From assembly GCA_963701085.1 (NCBI GenBank), contig OY969561.1:992001-1056000 (forward strand): DNA of 64,000 nucleotides, read 5' to 3'. This document shows, piece after piece, positions 62,297 through 64,000 of the stretch. A program made the translations under genes and the position numbers. Below the pieces are notes generated by a model, which was given only the letters and a program-made list of their open reading frames with translations, was not told where the DNA came from and searched no databases. This DNA is from an uncultured bacterium (GTDB taxonomy: Bacteria; Babelota; Babeliae; Babelales; Vermiphilaceae). Numbering within the stretch: position 1 is the stretch's first letter; every line of letters begins with the position of its first letter.

Positions 62297-63451
62297 TTAT
62301 GTTAGAGGATATTTTTTAAGTAAATTTTTATCAAGATGCGCGCATGTTTGTTCAAGTTCTTTACTCGTCAGTAATCCCGTTTGTGTGCCAAGATGTTTAA
62401 TAACGGAAGCACTATTGATAATGCCTGCGCGTAAAGCATCATCAATAGATTTGTTATTAAGCAGTTGTGCTACAAAGCATGAGCCGAATGCATCTCCTGC
62501 ACCAATACTGCTCACAATATTGATTTTTATGCTGGGATGGAAGTAGATGTTGTTTTTATCAGAGGCATAGACTCCTTCAGCTCCATTAGTAACAACAATG
62601 ATATCTGGTCCGCATGTATGCACTGCATTAAAAAATTGCTGTAAAGTAAAACAGGTTGTTGCAGACCCAAGCGGTTTTTTAAGCAAATCTGGTAGAGTTT
62701 TATCGTGAGGTGTAGGTATTTCAAGGGGCCTGTCCGCCGTAGCTTTACCTGCGCTTTGAAGCCTTGGCGAAAGAGTGGCGAAGGAGGGTGGTAGCTTGAG
62801 TGATAGGGATGTCATGAGCAGTTCAGCTTCATAGCTGTTTAAAATTAAAATAGTAATGCCTGATAATGCTTCTTTTAAAAATTCAGCACCAGCATGCAGT
62901 TGACTAGTTCCCGGATTGGCTGCAACAGGTTTGTTGTATTTTTTAGCGAGTTGTGTGATGGGAATTAAGAGTGGCGCAGCAGGACCAGTCAGTGAGGTGA
63001 TATAGAGTTGATCAGTATCAGCAATGGCGGATTCAGGCAGTTCTTTGTGCGTGAGGGTAATATTTGCACCGCGATAAACTAAAACTGCACTATTGCCTTG
63101 CGGTCCGGGAATAATAAAAGATTGGCCAGTTGGTGCTGCATCTGTGCGTAGTGCATGAGTGGTAGAAACATGTTCTTGTGCTAATGTTTGTAAAATAAAA
63201 TCACCAGCGTTATCAGTTCCAATTTTGAAAAAGCTTTGCACATCAAAGCCGGCGCGTGCAAATGATACCGCGCTATTTGTTGCACCGCCACCACAATAGT
63301 ACATGATATCTTGCAGTTCTATTTTTCTTCCCGCTCGCATGCATACATACGCAAAATCCTCTTCTTTGGTATGCAGGTGTAATGTTTCTACACCTTCATA
63401 TTGAGTAAAAATATCCTGCATGCCGCTGCCGATTGTTAACACTTTTTTCAT
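62297..63451 (-). CDS. PfkB-family carbohydrate kinase containing an in-frame repeat insertion
   Basis: GGGATNSA, NPG, LNSYEA, VTNGAEG, SSIGAGDAFGS. Confidence 0.9.
   Translation of the reverse strand: MKKVLTIGSGMQDIFTQYEGVETLHLHTKEEDFAYVCMRAGRKIELQDIMYYCGGGATNSAVSFARAGFDVQSFFKIGTDNAGDFILQTLAQEHVSTTHALRTDAAPTGQSFIIPGPQGNSAVLVYRGANITLTHKELPESAIADTDQLYITSLTGPAAPLLIPITQLAKKYNKPVAANPGTSQLHAGAEFLKEALSGITILILNSYEAELLMTSLSLKLPPSFATLSPRLQSAGKATADRPLEIPTPHDKTLPDLLKKPLGSATTCFTLQQFFNAVHTCGPDIIVVTNGAEGVYASDKNNIYFHPSIKINIVSSIGAGDAFGSCFVAQLLNNKSIDDALRAGIINSASVIKHLGTQTGLLTSKELEQTCAHLDKNLLKKYPLT
62729..62788 (-). repeat. Repeat family B (nested), in-frame in pfkB
   Basis: CCTGTCCGCCGTAGCTTTACCTGCGCTTTGAAGCCTTGGCGAAAGAGTGGCGAAGGAGGG. 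Confidence 0.75.
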
Positions 63452-63533
63452 ATTTATCCTTTTGTAATCATATATTTTTTGATAATATAAGTTTATCTCT
63501 ATTGGTTATAACAAACATGAAGGGCGAAATTAT

Positions 63534-64000
63534 ATGAAACGATATATCTTGTTGAGTGCATGGTGCATGTTATTTTTTAGTGCAATGAATTTTGGTATGC
63601 AAGATGAAGCTAAATCGCGTTGTATTGTTAATAAGCCCCTTACTATAGAAGAGATAGTGCAGCAATATATTATTAAAGGGCAATATATTAAAGGACAGTG
63701 TTGTGTTAGTGATGTAGTTATAAATGGAAAAAGATATATTATTAAACAAAAATTGAATAGTAGTGTTAAAACTAGCTTTATGAAAAAGAGACAAGACTTT
63801 TTCAGGGAAATGAATGGTACTTCTGATGTTTCTTCTGCAGTAGGGCAATTAATTGAAGAAATTGAAGTTGCTAAAAATAAACAGCAACCAATTGAGTGTA
63901 TATATGAAGAAGGTGAATTGTTGTTGTTTGAACGTAGCGAGAAAATGCATAAAGCACCACTATTAACATTCAAACCAGGCAAAGCTCTTAAAAAAGCTGC
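63534..64000 (+). CDS. Secreted hypothetical protein (runs off the window end)
   Basis: Open frame from ATG 63534 to the window end; MKRYILLSAWCMLFFSAMNFG-MQ. Confidence 0.65.
   Translation, partial: MKRYILLSAWCMLFFSAMNFGMQDEAKSRCIVNKPLTIEEIVQQYIIKGQYIKGQCCVSDVVINGKRYIIKQKLNSSVKTSFMKKRQDFFREMNGTSDVSSAVGQLIEEIEVAKNKQQPIECIYEEGELLLFERSEKMHKAPLLTFKPGKALKKA

Noticed and set aside
63530-63982. Minus-strand ORFs of 150 and 92 aa
   Set aside because: Antisense to an open plus-strand frame with a signal peptide starting at 63534

Overview
AT-rich bacterial chromosome segment. Its gene style suggests a host-associated bacterium of the Dependentiae/Babelota (TM6) type (inference only): reduced housekeeping operons interleaved with many short signal-peptide orphan genes, WD40 and F-box-like proteins. 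From left to right it holds a type II secretion-like cluster with two secretins (gspC-gspD-pilM/gspL-like-gspM-like-gspD) and three tandem secreted paralogs. Then come eno, aspS, a beta-barrel OMP, nfo, pyrG, infB, nusA and a likely replication origin at ~22.1-22.3 kb (phased DnaA-box-like 9-mers plus a GC-skew flip). Further right are udg, clostripain, comEC, an M16 peptidase, ldh, rpsA, ndk, nusB, efp, glyA, hicAB, a glycosylation cluster, alaS, pth, skp, a P-type ATPase and a PfkB kinase. Four observations stand out. (1) Most glycosylation enzymes, including UDP-glucose dehydrogenase, carry export-type signal peptides. (2) About 11 unrelated orphan proteins have signal peptides ending in small residue-Met-(Glu/Asp/Gln). 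(3) One palindromic repeat family is inserted in-frame into proteins, while a second is strictly intergenic. (4) Orphan genes are flanked by duplicated pieces of neighbouring genes, promoters or terminators. Several frameshifts, including in essential aspS and alaS, are probably sequencing indels. No rRNA, tRNA, CRISPR array or transposase was recognised.
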